From positions 1 through 57,624 of IMG/VR virus record IMGVR_UViG_3300037488_002148: 57,624 bases of DNA, one strand, 5' to 3'. The position numbers and the translations under genes are program-made. This document shows, in pieces, positions 18,554 to 28,837 of the stretch. The first letter of the stretch is position 1. Each line of letters begins with the position of its first letter. The DNA is from a virus (Duplodnaviria; Caudoviricetes). The notes beneath the pieces are model-generated. The model was not told where the DNA came from. It was given only the letters and a program-made list of their open reading frames with translations, and made no database searches.

Positions 18554-19006
18554 ATGTTTACTTATAAAAACGATATATTTTCTGCTAAAGAATTCAATCA
18601 GATAGTTGATGATTTTTTTTGCCCGTTTATTAAATCTGAAGAATCAACCTTTCCACCCTATAATATTAAGAAAAATTCTGATAATACAGGATTTACCATT
18701 GAAATGGCTATTGCTGGTATTAAAAAGGAAGATTTGGCGATTTTGCTCGATAAAAATATATTAACAATCCGTCACAAACGAACCGATAAAGATGATAAAG
18801 AGGTGTTTATACACAAAGGAATAGCCAAAAGAGATTTTGAGCAGAGATTTCTTTTAGGTGAATATGTGCAAATCGAATTTGCCGATTTACAAAACGGAAT
18901 TCTTGTGATACAATTAAAAGTGATAATACCAGAAGATAAAAAACCGAAACAGATTGAGATTGGTTCATCTTCTGTTAAACTAGATCGTTGTCTTTTAAAT
19001 GAATAA
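18554..19006 (+). CDS. hsp20: small heat-shock protein (Hsp20/IbpA-like)
   Basis: FPPYNI, IEMAIAG, HKGIAKRDF, NGILVI, PEDKKPKQIEI. Confidence 0.93.
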   Translation: MFTYKNDIFSAKEFNQIVDDFFCPFIKSEESTFPPYNIKKNSDNTGFTIEMAIAGIKKEDLAILLDKNILTIRHKRTDKDDKEVFIHKGIAKRDFEQRFLLGEYVQIEFADLQNGILVIQLKVIIPEDKKPKQIEIGSSSVKLDRCLLNE

Positions 19007-19010
19007 AAAC

Positions 19011-19029
19011 GGTGGGGGATACCCCCACC
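19011..19029. terminator. GC-rich hairpin after hsp20
   Basis: GGTGGGGG-ATA-CCCCCACC; a U-tract is present only on the minus strand. Confidence 0.5.
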
Positions 19030-19047
19030 AACAAAAGAGGTGAATGA

Positions 19048-19323
19048 ATGGGTTTATATCGTTCAGATATTTCAGATGATGTTTTTTTCAAAAATTATGA
19101 CACAAAACCGTGCATTTTACCCGAAAACGGTTATCGATATCGAGTTTTGATATATAAAAAGGAAGAAGTTCAACCAATCGCTGCCGCAGAGATGCAATTT
19201 GGTCATTGGAAAATCATAGGTGATGGTACAAAGGAATATCGAGATCTGAAACAAGCTCTTAAAGACGCCGTCAATATCTACCTACTATGCGAGGCCGAAT
19301 ATTCGGAGTTGACAAAGGTATGA
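19048..19323 (+). CDS. hypothetical protein
   Basis: 91-aa ORF with GAGGTG SD. Confidence 0.7.
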   Translation: MGLYRSDISDDVFFKNYDTKPCILPENGYRYRVLIYKKEEVQPIAAAEMQFGHWKIIGDGTKEYRDLKQALKDAVNIYLLCEAEYSELTKV

Positions 19324-19395
19324 GTATCGATTTCATAACAGCCATTACTTTATTATATGTTTTTTTGAATTTGTTCATATGGGGGCTTTTCTTTT

Positions 19396-19887
19396 ATGTG
19401 GCTTACAAGATTACGAGATATGTTTTTTGGAAAGAATAAAATGAGAACTTCGCAAAAAGGACAAGATCTGATTAAAAATTTTGAATCTCTTCGTTTAGAA
19501 GGATATTTACCAACACCTAATGATGTTTTGACCATTGGCTACGGAAGTACCGAAATATTTGGTCGTAAAGTTAAATTAAACGAATCTATATCAATTGAAC
19601 AGGCACAAGAACAGTTTGAAAAAGATCTTTCGATTTTTGAAGATGTTATTCACAACACTGTTAAAGTACAAATAAATCAGAATCAGTTTGACGCGCTAGT
19701 TAGTTTTGTGTATAATATAGGCGGTACTAACTTTTCAAAGTCAACGCTTCTAAGATTATTAAATGAAAACAAATATGAGGAAGCCGCTGACCAGTTTCTA
19801 CGTTGGAACAAACAAGCTGGAAAAGTTTTAAATGGTTTGACTAGGCGTAGACAAGCCGAAAAAGATTTATTTTTGAATAAGGATTAA
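19396..19887 (+). CDS. endolysin (GH24 lysozyme)
   Basis: IKNFE, TIGYGST, NQNQFDALVSFVYNIG, STLL, GLTRRRQAE. Confidence 0.92.
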   Translation: MWLTRLRDMFFGKNKMRTSQKGQDLIKNFESLRLEGYLPTPNDVLTIGYGSTEIFGRKVKLNESISIEQAQEQFEKDLSIFEDVIHNTVKVQINQNQFDALVSFVYNIGGTNFSKSTLLRLLNENKYEEAADQFLRWNKQAGKVLNGLTRRRQAEKDLFLNKD

Positions 19888-19888
19888 A

Positions 19889-20254
19889 ATGTCAGAAGTT
19901 AAAATTGTTAGATTATTAGGTATTTCAGATGATTTGATATGCGAAGTGCAAAGAAACGGGGGTAAATATCGCCTTGTTAATCCAACCATTGTTAGAATCA
20001 TACCAATCGAGCAAGAGCAACCAAAATCGGAATTGGATATTACACAACCCCAACAGAAAGCCAAAATATCGTTTCGTATTGAAATGGGGCCATTTCTGAT
20101 GCCCTATATGAAAAACGAACCTCTCGAATGTGATAAATGTCAAGTGGTTTTTGTGATCAGTCCAACAGATGAAATGGTTGATAAGTATAATTCTATTTTC
20201 AGTCCTATTATACAACCCCGATTGACAGCGACACGGCAAAATGTTACACTATAA
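19889..20254 (+). CDS. conserved T4-like hypothetical protein (Sm-like fold suspected)
   Basis: VKIVRL...YNSIFSPIIQP pattern, typical upstream of gp43. Confidence 0.65.
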   Translation: MSEVKIVRLLGISDDLICEVQRNGGKYRLVNPTIVRIIPIEQEQPKSELDITQPQQKAKISFRIEMGPFLMPYMKNEPLECDKCQVVFVISPTDEMVDKYNSIFSPIIQPRLTATRQNVTL

Positions 20255-20256
20255 AC

Positions 20257-20571
20257 ATGAATACATACCAACAATGCAAATTAAATGACGTTTTGCATAG
20301 GTATAAAATTAATAAAACGACACTAGAAGATGGTGTTAAAGAGATACTCGAAGCTTTTAATTTACCTGTTGATAGTCTTTATAAACAGCAATACGTAGAC
20401 CAGTTCAATGATTTGACACAAGAACTGATCGAATATAAGTTCAGTTCAACGGGTAGGAATATAGATGTAACAATTGAGAAAATTGGCGATTGGTTAGACC
20501 ATAACGGTAAAACGTTTTCGCCAAGATTTGATTATAATTATGATGAAAAAGATGACAATGATTGGACCTAA
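20257..20571 (+). CDS. hypothetical protein
   Basis: 104-aa ORF in the operon. Confidence 0.65.
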   Translation: MNTYQQCKLNDVLHRYKINKTTLEDGVKEILEAFNLPVDSLYKQQYVDQFNDLTQELIEYKFSSTGRNIDVTIEKIGDWLDHNGKTFSPRFDYNYDEKDDNDWT

Positions 20572-22033
20572 AGAGTTTTATACAAACTGTCAAGTTTCAT
20601 ATGACCACGTTCTATATCGGGGCATTCGAAATGGCAAGCGGTTTAACGAAAAGATTTATTACAAACCGACTCTTTTTGTACCATCGAACGAAGAATCAAA
20701 ATATAAAACGATTTTTAATCAGAACGTAAAACCTATAAAGTTTGATTCAATTACAGATGCTCGCAATTTTATCGACAACTATAAAGATGTTCAAAATTTT
20801 AAAATATATGGTAATACATATTATCATTATTGTTATCTATGTAGTATGTTTTCTACTCGTGTTGAATACGATTTAAAAGATATCCGCATAGCTAATATTG
20901 ATATTGAAACTACATCTGAAAATGGATTTCCACAACCAGAAGAAGCAAACGAACAGGTTATAGCAATCAGTATTAAAATATATGATAAATTTTACGTATT
21001 TGGGAATGGAGATTATGTAACCAGTTCTTCAAATATTCATTACTTTAAATGTAAGAACGAATATGATCTTCTTAAAAAATTTATAGATTTTTGGTCTTAT
21101 GACTATCCCGACATTATAACCGGTTGGAATACGAGTCTTTTTGATATACCATATCTTGTTAATCGCATTGGAAAGGTGTGCGGTCCAGATATGGCAAAGA
21201 AACTATCTCCTTGGGGAAGGTTTTCCGAAAGAAGTATGACCCTTCATGGTAAGACGTTCAAGACATTTTCAATCGTAGGCATTGCACAGTTAGATTACTT
21301 AGAACTATATAAAAAATACGCTCCCCACAACCACCAAGAGTCTTATAAATTAGATCACATTGCCCATGTAGAATTGGGCGAACGAAAAGTTAACTATGAC
21401 GAGTATGGTTCTTTGAGAAATTTATACAAAGAGAATTTTCAAAAGTTTATTGATTATAATATACAAGACACCAATCTTGTTGATAAAATCGATCAAAAAC
21501 TTCAGTTAATTCCAATGGTCATTGAACTTGCATATGATGCCAAAGTTAATTATAATGATATATTTGGTCAAGTTCGTATGTGGGATAATATAATTTTTGA
21601 TCAACTCAAAAAGAAAAATATAGCGGTTCCTTTGACCGATGATAGTGAAAAGGATACCTCATATGAGGGGGCATATGTCAAAGATCCAATTATAGGGCTG
21701 CACAAATGGGTAGCATCGCTTGACGTAAATTCTCTTTATCCCTCACTGATTCAGATGTTTAATATTTCTCCAGAGTGTTTGATGACAAACGATAAAAGGA
21801 GTGATATAACGGTCGAATCCTTGCTCAATCGCCAGATTGATACCAGTTTTTTAAAGAACAAAAATCAAACCATGGCCGCCAATGGTTGTTTTTTTCTTAC
21901 TGACCGTATCGGAATACTACCCGAAATGATGCGAATTAAGTATAGCGAACGCAAAGAATTTAAAAATAAGATGATGCAAGCCAAAAAAGATCTTGAGTTG
22001 GTTAAAAAAGAAATTGAAAAGAGGGGGCTATGA
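20558..22033 (+). CDS. gp43A: family B DNA polymerase, N-terminal subunit (exonuclease, part of palm, first fingers helix)
   Basis: YKPTLF, ExoI DIET, ExoII GWN..FDIPY, ExoIII YNIQD, region II DVNSLYPS; ends in the fingers. Confidence 0.93.
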   Translation: MIGPKEFYTNCQVSYDHVLYRGIRNGKRFNEKIYYKPTLFVPSNEESKYKTIFNQNVKPIKFDSITDARNFIDNYKDVQNFKIYGNTYYHYCYLCSMFSTRVEYDLKDIRIANIDIETTSENGFPQPEEANEQVIAISIKIYDKFYVFGNGDYVTSSSNIHYFKCKNEYDLLKKFIDFWSYDYPDIITGWNTSLFDIPYLVNRIGKVCGPDMAKKLSPWGRFSERSMTLHGKTFKTFSIVGIAQLDYLELYKKYAPHNHQESYKLDHIAHVELGERKVNYDEYGSLRNLYKENFQKFIDYNIQDTNLVDKIDQKLQLIPMVIELAYDAKVNYNDIFGQVRMWDNIIFDQLKKKNIAVPLTDDSEKDTSYEGAYVKDPIIGLHKWVASLDVNSLYPSLIQMFNISPECLMTNDKRSDITVESLLNRQIDTSFLKNKNQTMAANGCFFLTDRIGILPEMMRIKYSERKEFKNKMMQAKKDLELVKKEIEKRGL

Positions 22034-22734
22034 TGCAGAAAGTTATCGTGGTAATGCTGGGCCATCGTTCTTTAAGTGGCAAGGATACCAGCGCCGAGTA
22101 TCTAAAACGGTTTAGCTGGCAACGAATGGCCTTTGCTGATAAATTGAAGAGTACAGTTGCAGATCTTTATAATTTTACACGCGAACAGATGCATGGCGAC
22201 CTAAAAGATATAGAAGATCCGAGATATAAAAATACCCTAGAGGAACCATACAAGTTTGGTTACGATGAAGACAGTGGCGCAGTATTAACGTGGGTGCCAA
22301 ATGATAACTATAAACCATTCTTTACACCCAGAAGAATTTTGCAGATATTCGGTCAACAACAAAGAATGATATACCCTGATATCTGGGCACAGTATGTATT
22401 TAATCAAATAGATATACAAAGAGGGCTAAGTTCAAATCCGACTCAAGTATTTAAATATGTTATTACAGATTTTCGTTTTAAAAACGAGTTTGATGTTGCA
22501 AAACGTTGGGCGCAGACCGCCGTCGACGGCCCAGTAGAGGTTGAAAAGTCCATTTATCCTGTTAAAATCAATAGAAATGTTATTGCTAAATCTGGAAGTA
22601 ATGATATAAGTGAACACGATTTAGACAATTTTACAGAGTGGTGTGATGTCGTGGATAATAATGGCACAATTGAAGATTTGCACAACCGTTTGTTAAGTAC
22701 AGTTGCCGAATTATTGGATAAAATAAAATGTTAG
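22030..22734 (+). CDS. deoxynucleoside monophosphate kinase (T4 gp1-like)
   Basis: GHRSLSGKDT, FADKLK, PRRILQIFG, TDFRFKNE, SE, NNGT. Confidence 0.85.
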   Translation: MMQKVIVVMLGHRSLSGKDTSAEYLKRFSWQRMAFADKLKSTVADLYNFTREQMHGDLKDIEDPRYKNTLEEPYKFGYDEDSGAVLTWVPNDNYKPFFTPRRILQIFGQQQRMIYPDIWAQYVFNQIDIQRGLSSNPTQVFKYVITDFRFKNEFDVAKRWAQTAVDGPVEVEKSIYPVKINRNVIAKSGSNDISEHDLDNFTEWCDVVDNNGTIEDLHNRLLSTVAELLDKIKC

Positions 22735-23834
22735 ACCTATCTACACTATCAAACGATCAACTGTTGCAGTATCAACAACAGTTAGAATATGATATTTCAA
22801 AATATAATAATACTCAATTGGCTAAAAAGGTTCAACTGAATTCAGCATATGGCGTGTGTGGCAACCAATTTTTTCGTTGGTATGATATACGTTTAGCAGA
22901 GGCTGTAACAAAGTCGGGTCAATTGGTTATACGGTGGTTAGAGTCGTATATTAATGAATATTTTAATAAAACTTTAAAAACTAATACAGATTATGTAATC
23001 GCTAGTGACACAGACTCTTTAATTGTTACATTAGAGAAACTAGTCGACAAATGTATACCAATAGATAAACAGCAGAACGTTGACAAGGTTATAGATTTTA
23101 TGAATAAGGTTTGTGAAGATGTTTTACAACCAGTAATCAATACTTCTTGTAACGATCTAGCCGAATATTTAAGCGTTAAAGCTCAAACGATTGTAATGAA
23201 ACGCGAAATTTTAGCAGACCGTGTTATTTGGGTAACAAAAAAACGTTATGTTATGAGCGTTCGCGATAACGAAGATGTTCGTTTGAAAGATCCAGAATTA
23301 AAGATTATGGGCATTGAAGCCATACGTACAAGTACACCAACTATATGTAGAGAAAAAATCAAACAAGCGTTGAAGATTATTTTACACGGAACTGAAATGG
23401 AACTACAAACCTTTGTCGAAGACTTTGAAAAAATTTTTAACACATTCAAAATTGAAGATATTGCATTCCCAAGAACCGTTAATGGGTTAAAAAAATACCA
23501 TTGCGATATTAATACGTTTATTAAAGGTACGCCTATACATGTAAGAGGTTCTTTGCTTTATAATAGTTGTCTAAAGATTAAAAATGTTAGTAAAAAATAT
23601 GAAACTATTAAAGAGGGAGAGAAGATCAAGTTCATATATTTAAAAGAGCCAAATATGATACAGGATACTGTAATAGCCTTTCCAGATATTCTACCGAAAG
23701 AATTTGAATTAAATGCGTTTATTGACTATAAAACACAGTTTGAGAAGACATTTGTCGAACCTTTAAGTTTAATTTTGAATATAGTTGGCTGGAAGCCGCG
23801 AACTGAAAAGAATCTTAGTGCATTTTTTAATTGA
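22728..23834 (+). CDS. gp43B: family B DNA polymerase, C-terminal subunit
   Basis: KVQLNSAYG, ASDTDS, KKRY, KIMGIE, C-terminal clamp-binding-like LSAFF. Confidence 0.93.
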   Translation: MLDLSTLSNDQLLQYQQQLEYDISKYNNTQLAKKVQLNSAYGVCGNQFFRWYDIRLAEAVTKSGQLVIRWLESYINEYFNKTLKTNTDYVIASDTDSLIVTLEKLVDKCIPIDKQQNVDKVIDFMNKVCEDVLQPVINTSCNDLAEYLSVKAQTIVMKREILADRVIWVTKKRYVMSVRDNEDVRLKDPELKIMGIEAIRTSTPTICREKIKQALKIILHGTEMELQTFVEDFEKIFNTFKIEDIAFPRTVNGLKKYHCDINTFIKGTPIHVRGSLLYNSCLKIKNVSKKYETIKEGEKIKFIYLKEPNMIQDTVIAFPDILPKEFELNAFIDYKTQFEKTFVEPLSLILNIVGWKPRTEKNLSAFFN

Positions 23835-23859
23835 TTTTTGATGATTTTTTTGATATGTT
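23831..23859 (+). promoter_or_regulatory. sigma70-like promoter for uvsX
   Basis: TTGATT-N17-TATGTT with TGn. Confidence 0.4.
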
Positions 23860-23876
23860 TGTGAAAAAGGAAAAAC

Positions 23877-24920
23877 ATGAATAACATTTTAAAAGGCTTG
23901 ATTGAAGCAAGCGGAAATGATTTAGCAACAATTGTATCTGATGGTGTTTCGACGGGCGATTTTGCGACATATATTGATACAGGTTCATATATTCTAAATG
24001 CCCTGTTATCTGGTTCTATTTTTGGTGGAGCTGCCGATAACAAAATAACAGCATTTGCGGGTGAACAAAGTGTAGGTAAAACATTTTTCGTATTAAATGT
24101 TGTTAAAAGTTTTCTTGAAAAGGATAAAAACTCTGGGGTTGTATATTTTGAATCGGAATCGGCTCTAACAAAAGATATCATACAAAGTCGTGGTATCGAT
24201 ACAACAAGAATGGTTGTTGTTCCAGTTGCTACAGTGCAAGAATTTCGACATCAAGCATTAAAAATTTTAGACAAATATATTGAAACACCTGAAACAGATA
24301 GACCCAGACTGATGTTATGCCTAGACTCATTAGGAAACCTATCAACCACTAAAGAAATTGAAGATTCGACTGAAGGAAAAGAAACCCAGGACATGACCCG
24401 TTCGCGGCTAATTAAAGGAGTTTTTCGGGTATTGACCTTGAAATTAGCCAAAGCCAAGGTGCCGCTTTTTCTTACAAACCATACGTATCTCCAGGTAGGA
24501 ACAATGTTTCCGCAACAAATCATGGGCGGCGGTTCTGGGCTACAATACGCTGCCTCGACTGTTATTTTCTTATCCAAAAGAAAAGAAAAAGACGGCGATG
24601 AAGTTATTGGAAATATTATTCATTGTAAAAATGTTAAGAACAGATTTGTTAAAGAAAATAAGATCGTTGATACACTTTTAACATATGATAAAGGTTTAAA
24701 TCGTTATTATGGTTTAGTAGATTTGGCTTTACAAGCAGGTCTATTTCAAAAAAATACGACCCGTATAGAATTACCAGATGGCTCTAAGATTTTTGAAAAA
24801 CAGATTAATAATGAACCAGAGAAATACTTTACACAAGAAATTCTTGAAAAGCTTGATGAATATGCTAAAAAGACTTTTTTATACGGTCAAATTTCAACCG
24901 AAACGACTTTAAAAGAATAA
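23877..24920 (+). CDS. uvsX: RecA-like recombinase
   Basis: [36 protein letters not shown]. Confidence 0.95.
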   Translation: MNNILKGLIEASGNDLATIVSDGVSTGDFATYIDTGSYILNALLSGSIFGGAADNKITAFAGEQSVGKTFFVLNVVKSFLEKDKNSGVVYFESESALTKDIIQSRGIDTTRMVVVPVATVQEFRHQALKILDKYIETPETDRPRLMLCLDSLGNLSTTKEIEDSTEGKETQDMTRSRLIKGVFRVLTLKLAKAKVPLFLTNHTYLQVGTMFPQQIMGGGSGLQYAASTVIFLSKRKEKDGDEVIGNIIHCKNVKNRFVKENKIVDTLLTYDKGLNRYYGLVDLALQAGLFQKNTTRIELPDGSKIFEKQINNEPEKYFTQEILEKLDEYAKKTFLYGQISTETTLKE

Positions 24921-24942
24921 ATAAAACAACCATAAGGATAAT

Positions 24943-25272
24943 ATGACAACAAAAGAAAAATATACTGTGATTAAACCTCGGCGAAAGCGGAAAAGTAAAA
25001 CTCCAACTATTCGTTTTCATTTGACAGAAATGAGTAATTTTCCGGGAGTGATTGTAGAATTTCAATCTGTAAAAATGCTCGAAGCGCCTAAAGAAGATGG
25101 TTATAACTGTGAAGTTAATTATAATATTATTAAAGTTCCAAAGGGCAAATTCCAAAACATGGAAGATGCTGTTAAAGAACAGTTTGATAATACAATACGC
25201 GAAGTGCTTATAGACTTGTTAAAAGATGCGGTAAAAGAAGCCCCAGAAATTCAGACGTTAGATAAGCAATAA
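24943..25272 (+). CDS. hypothetical protein (position of T4 gp40)
   Basis: ORF between uvsX and gp41 with AAGGA SD; late-promoter-like ATAAATA at 24917. Confidence 0.65.
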   Translation: MTTKEKYTVIKPRRKRKSKTPTIRFHLTEMSNFPGVIVEFQSVKMLEAPKEDGYNCEVNYNIIKVPKGKFQNMEDAVKEQFDNTIREVLIDLLKDAVKEAPEIQTLDKQ

Positions 25273-26711
25273 TGAAAGATCGAATAGAGACTTTGATTTT
25301 ATATAGTCTCATTAAGAATGAGACTTATACCCGAAAAGTATTACCTTTTTTAAAGGAAGAATACTTCTCCGAGAAAATTGAAAGACTCTTGTTCAATACT
25401 ATATCAGAATTTGTTAGTAAATATAATGCATTGCCTACAACGGAAGCTCTTTTAATTAGTATTAATAGCAGCACTCAAATCAAAGAACATGAATATAAAG
25501 ATATTGGCGATTATATTCAAAAAGAATTTAATAATGATGTGGTTTTTCCGGAAGAAAAATGGCTTTTGGATAAAACTGAAGAGTGGTGCAAATATCAAGC
25601 TTTGAGAAATGCTATATTAAATTCTATTAATATTATAGATGATCCAGCATCAAAAATCCAAACGGGGTCAATTCCCAAACTTTTGACTGATGCGCTATCG
25701 GTGGGATTTTCAACAGACATCGGGCACGATTACGTCAACGATTCAGAAAAACGATATGGTTTCTATCACATGATAGAACAAAAGTTAGAGTTCGATCTTG
25801 ATTTGTTTAATAAAATTACCGGTGGTGGAGTTAAAAAGAAGAGCTTGTTTGTTATAGTTGCGGGCACAGGCGCTGGAAAAAGTTTAAGTTTAAGCCATTT
25901 TGCCGCATCGTTTCTTAATCAAAATAAAAACGTGCTTTATATTACATTAGAAATGGCCGAGGAACAGATCGCAAAACGCATTGATGCAAATTTATTAAAT
26001 GTATCGATGATCGATTTAGATAAAATTCCTAAACAAGACTATGACAAGCGCATCGAACGGATGAAACACAAAGCAACTGGTCGATTGATTATCAAAGAAT
26101 ATCCCACTGCATCCGCGCATACAGGGCATTTTCGGGTTCTACTTCAAGAGTTGCATCTAAAGAAAAATTTCAAACCAGATGTTGTGATAGTCGACTATCT
26201 AAATATCGCCGCTAGTTCAAGAATTAAGCCCGGTTCATTGGTTAATAGTTATACCTACATTAAGAGTATTGCAGAAGAACTTCGGGGTCTAGCAATGGAG
26301 TTCGACGTTCCTTGCCTTACAGCCACACAGACTAACCGCCAAGGTCAAGCCAATACAGACTTAGATTTCACAGATGTTTCTGAATCCCACGGTCTTTCTG
26401 CAACGTGTGATTATATGGTTGGTATGGTTTCTACTGAAGAACTAGATAAAATGAATCAGGTTCTGTTTAAGCAGATTAAAAATCGGTATGGTGATATATC
26501 AAAATATAGACGATTTGTTGTGGGCATTGATCGAGACAAAATGCGATTATACGACGTAGAACAGTCTGCACAGAAAGACATTGCCGATTCTGGACAAGAA
26601 CCCGGTGAAGATCCGATAGGGTTTGACAAAACAGCATTCGGAAATCGTATGAACCAGAACAAGGATTTTTCAAAAATCAAATTCGATGACGATTCAGATG
26701 ATATGTTTTAG
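25272..26711 (+). CDS. gp41: replicative DnaB-like helicase
   Basis: AGTGAGKS, TLEMAEE, IKEYPTASA, VDYLNI, ATQTNR, KNRY. Confidence 0.96.
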   Translation: MKDRIETLILYSLIKNETYTRKVLPFLKEEYFSEKIERLLFNTISEFVSKYNALPTTEALLISINSSTQIKEHEYKDIGDYIQKEFNNDVVFPEEKWLLDKTEEWCKYQALRNAILNSINIIDDPASKIQTGSIPKLLTDALSVGFSTDIGHDYVNDSEKRYGFYHMIEQKLEFDLDLFNKITGGGVKKKSLFVIVAGTGAGKSLSLSHFAASFLNQNKNVLYITLEMAEEQIAKRIDANLLNVSMIDLDKIPKQDYDKRIERMKHKATGRLIIKEYPTASAHTGHFRVLLQELHLKKNFKPDVVIVDYLNIAASSRIKPGSLVNSYTYIKSIAEELRGLAMEFDVPCLTATQTNRQGQANTDLDFTDVSESHGLSATCDYMVGMVSTEELDKMNQVLFKQIKNRYGDISKYRRFVVGIDRDKMRLYDVEQSAQKDIADSGQEPGEDPIGFDKTAFGNRMNQNKDFSKIKFDDDSDDMF

Positions 26712-26724
26712 GAGATGATATTAT

Positions 26725-27279
26725 ATGTGTAATTCGGCGTGTATAAATTTTATAATTGATAATTTAAATGATTTTACTATTACGGGAAAAGACATAATAG
26801 AGGTTGGGTCATATAATGTAAATGGCTCTGTCAGTTTTAAAATCAAAGAAAGAAATCCACGAAGATACTTGGGCGTGGATATTTCTAATGGACCATGCGT
26901 CGACCAGATATGTGATGTTGGCAATTTAATTTCTACCTTCGGTAAGAATTCGTTTGATTGTGTTATAACAACTGAAATGTTGGAACACGTTGAAGATTGG
27001 CGAGCTGCTATTAGAAATTTAAAAGGTATATGTAAACCAAATGGTCATATATTCATCACAACAAGATCTTTTGGTTTTCCATTACATGGATATCCTAAAG
27101 ATTATTGGAGATTTGAAGTTTCTGATATGCAAAATATTTTTTCAGATAGTGAAATTATTTCTGTACAGAAAGACACAAACGACATTGGTGTTTTTGTACA
27201 TGCTATTAAAAAAGAGAATGTTGAAACCGATTTAAACGATATACAACTTTATAACATGATTCATTTAAAAAGAATATAA
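26725..27279 (+). CDS. class I SAM-dependent methyltransferase
   Basis: IEVGS.NVNG, GVD..GPCVD, EMLEH, KPNG, YPKDYWRF. Confidence 0.85.
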   Translation: MCNSACINFIIDNLNDFTITGKDIIEVGSYNVNGSVSFKIKERNPRRYLGVDISNGPCVDQICDVGNLISTFGKNSFDCVITTEMLEHVEDWRAAIRNLKGICKPNGHIFITTRSFGFPLHGYPKDYWRFEVSDMQNIFSDSEIISVQKDTNDIGVFVHAIKKENVETDLNDIQLYNMIHLKRI

Positions 27280-27306
27280 ACAAAGGAGCTTAGCCTCCTT
27301 GTTTAT
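27275..27306. terminator. hairpin between convergent genes, probable bidirectional terminator
   Basis: TATAAACAAAGGAG...CTCCTTGTTTATA inverted repeat. Confidence 0.65.
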
Positions 27307-27328
27307 ATTGAATTCTTAGTATCGTTGT

Positions 27329-27913
<585 letters not shown>

Positions 27914-27935
27914 TCTATTTTTCCTATTTTTAAAT

Positions 27936-28187
27936 TTATGGGCATTGTTCTAATAAAAGAAAAGATTCATCGCCATCATGTTCCCACTGTTCTAACATAA
28001 TATTAAATCCATCTTCATATTCAAAATTGCAAACATCCTCATCTAATAGATGTATACAGACTAAAATTTCCCCGGCGATTCCATGTATACCATCACGTCT
28101 TTCCCAACCCGGCCTGGCTGATGTAACATTAGTGTCTGGAACGTTTGGTATCCAGTTTGGTTTTTTTGTACGAGTCCAAAGAGGCAT
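27936..28187 (-). CDS. putative virion decoration or adaptor protein
   Basis: MPLW...GWE...EILV N-terminus shared with the neighbour; acidic [14 protein letters not shown] tail. Confidence 0.7.
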   Translation of the reverse strand: MPLWTRTKKPNWIPNVPDTNVTSARPGWERRDGIHGIAGEILVCIHLLDEDVCNFEYEDGFNIMLEQWEHDGDESFLLLEQCP

Positions 28188-28229
28188 TTGTATTTCCTTT
28201 GTGTTCTATAGTCTTGTTATTACATAGAA

Positions 28230-28739
28230 TTAGACAACAATTCGTGTACCAGCTGCCGCAGCAATGGGTGCACTAATAACCAATTCTGAAGCCAGTGGCG
28301 TTGTTCCAGCGGCATCAACAATCGTACCAACAATTGTCTGTGCAGACACGAACAAAGTTCCGGCTTCATTGAATAATACTAATGGTGCGGCTGCAACGTC
28401 AACATCAAAAACAACTTCGGTGACACCTAATTGGGCTAATGCATAACCGCGAAAATCGCCGTTAATACCAGTCCAAGATAAATTTAAATTCGCCCCAGCT
28501 GTAACATTAACTTTTTCATTGTATCTAACGATAACCTTAACGGCACCGCTACGCACATATGCGGCTTTATCAAAACCGACACCTAAAATATTTGCTTGGC
28601 CCGCCCGATCCGCTAGATTACTAATCTGAACAAGAATCTCTCTCGTACGAGCATCCTCCCAGCCGCGCTCTGTTGCAACAGCTTTCTTAGCAATTTTATC
28701 ATACGACTTAGGTGGGGTTTCTAAAGTCCAAATTGGCAT
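28230..28739 (-). CDS. putative virion structural protein (Ig-like beta domain suspected)
   Basis: MPIW...ATERGWE...EILV; V..NEKV.V beta-rich region; GGAG SD; late promoter upstream. Confidence 0.7.
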   Translation of the reverse strand: MPIWTLETPPKSYDKIAKKAVATERGWEDARTREILVQISNLADRAGQANILGVGFDKAAYVRSGAVKVIVRYNEKVNVTAGANLNLSWTGINGDFRGYALAQLGVTEVVFDVDVAAAPLVLFNEAGTLFVSAQTIVGTIVDAAGTTPLASELVISAPIAAAAGTRIVV

Positions 28740-28773
28740 ATACTTTCTCCAAAAAATTTATATTCTGTATTCT

Positions 28774-28780
28774 TATTTAT
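28774..28780 (-). promoter_or_regulatory. T4-type late promoter
   Basis: ATAAATA on the minus strand ahead of the structural genes; a divergent ATAAATA lies at 28802-28808. Confidence 0.55.
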
Positions 28781-28837
28781 TTGTATCGTAAATTTGATAA
28801 GATAAATATTATAGAACTTTGTGTTTAAAGGTTTCAT

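Noticed and set aside
22030-22734. Group I intron or split intein in gp43
   Set aside because: The interval is fully coding with overlaps at both ends, and neither half has intein block A or a His-Asn-Cys/Ser/Thr junction
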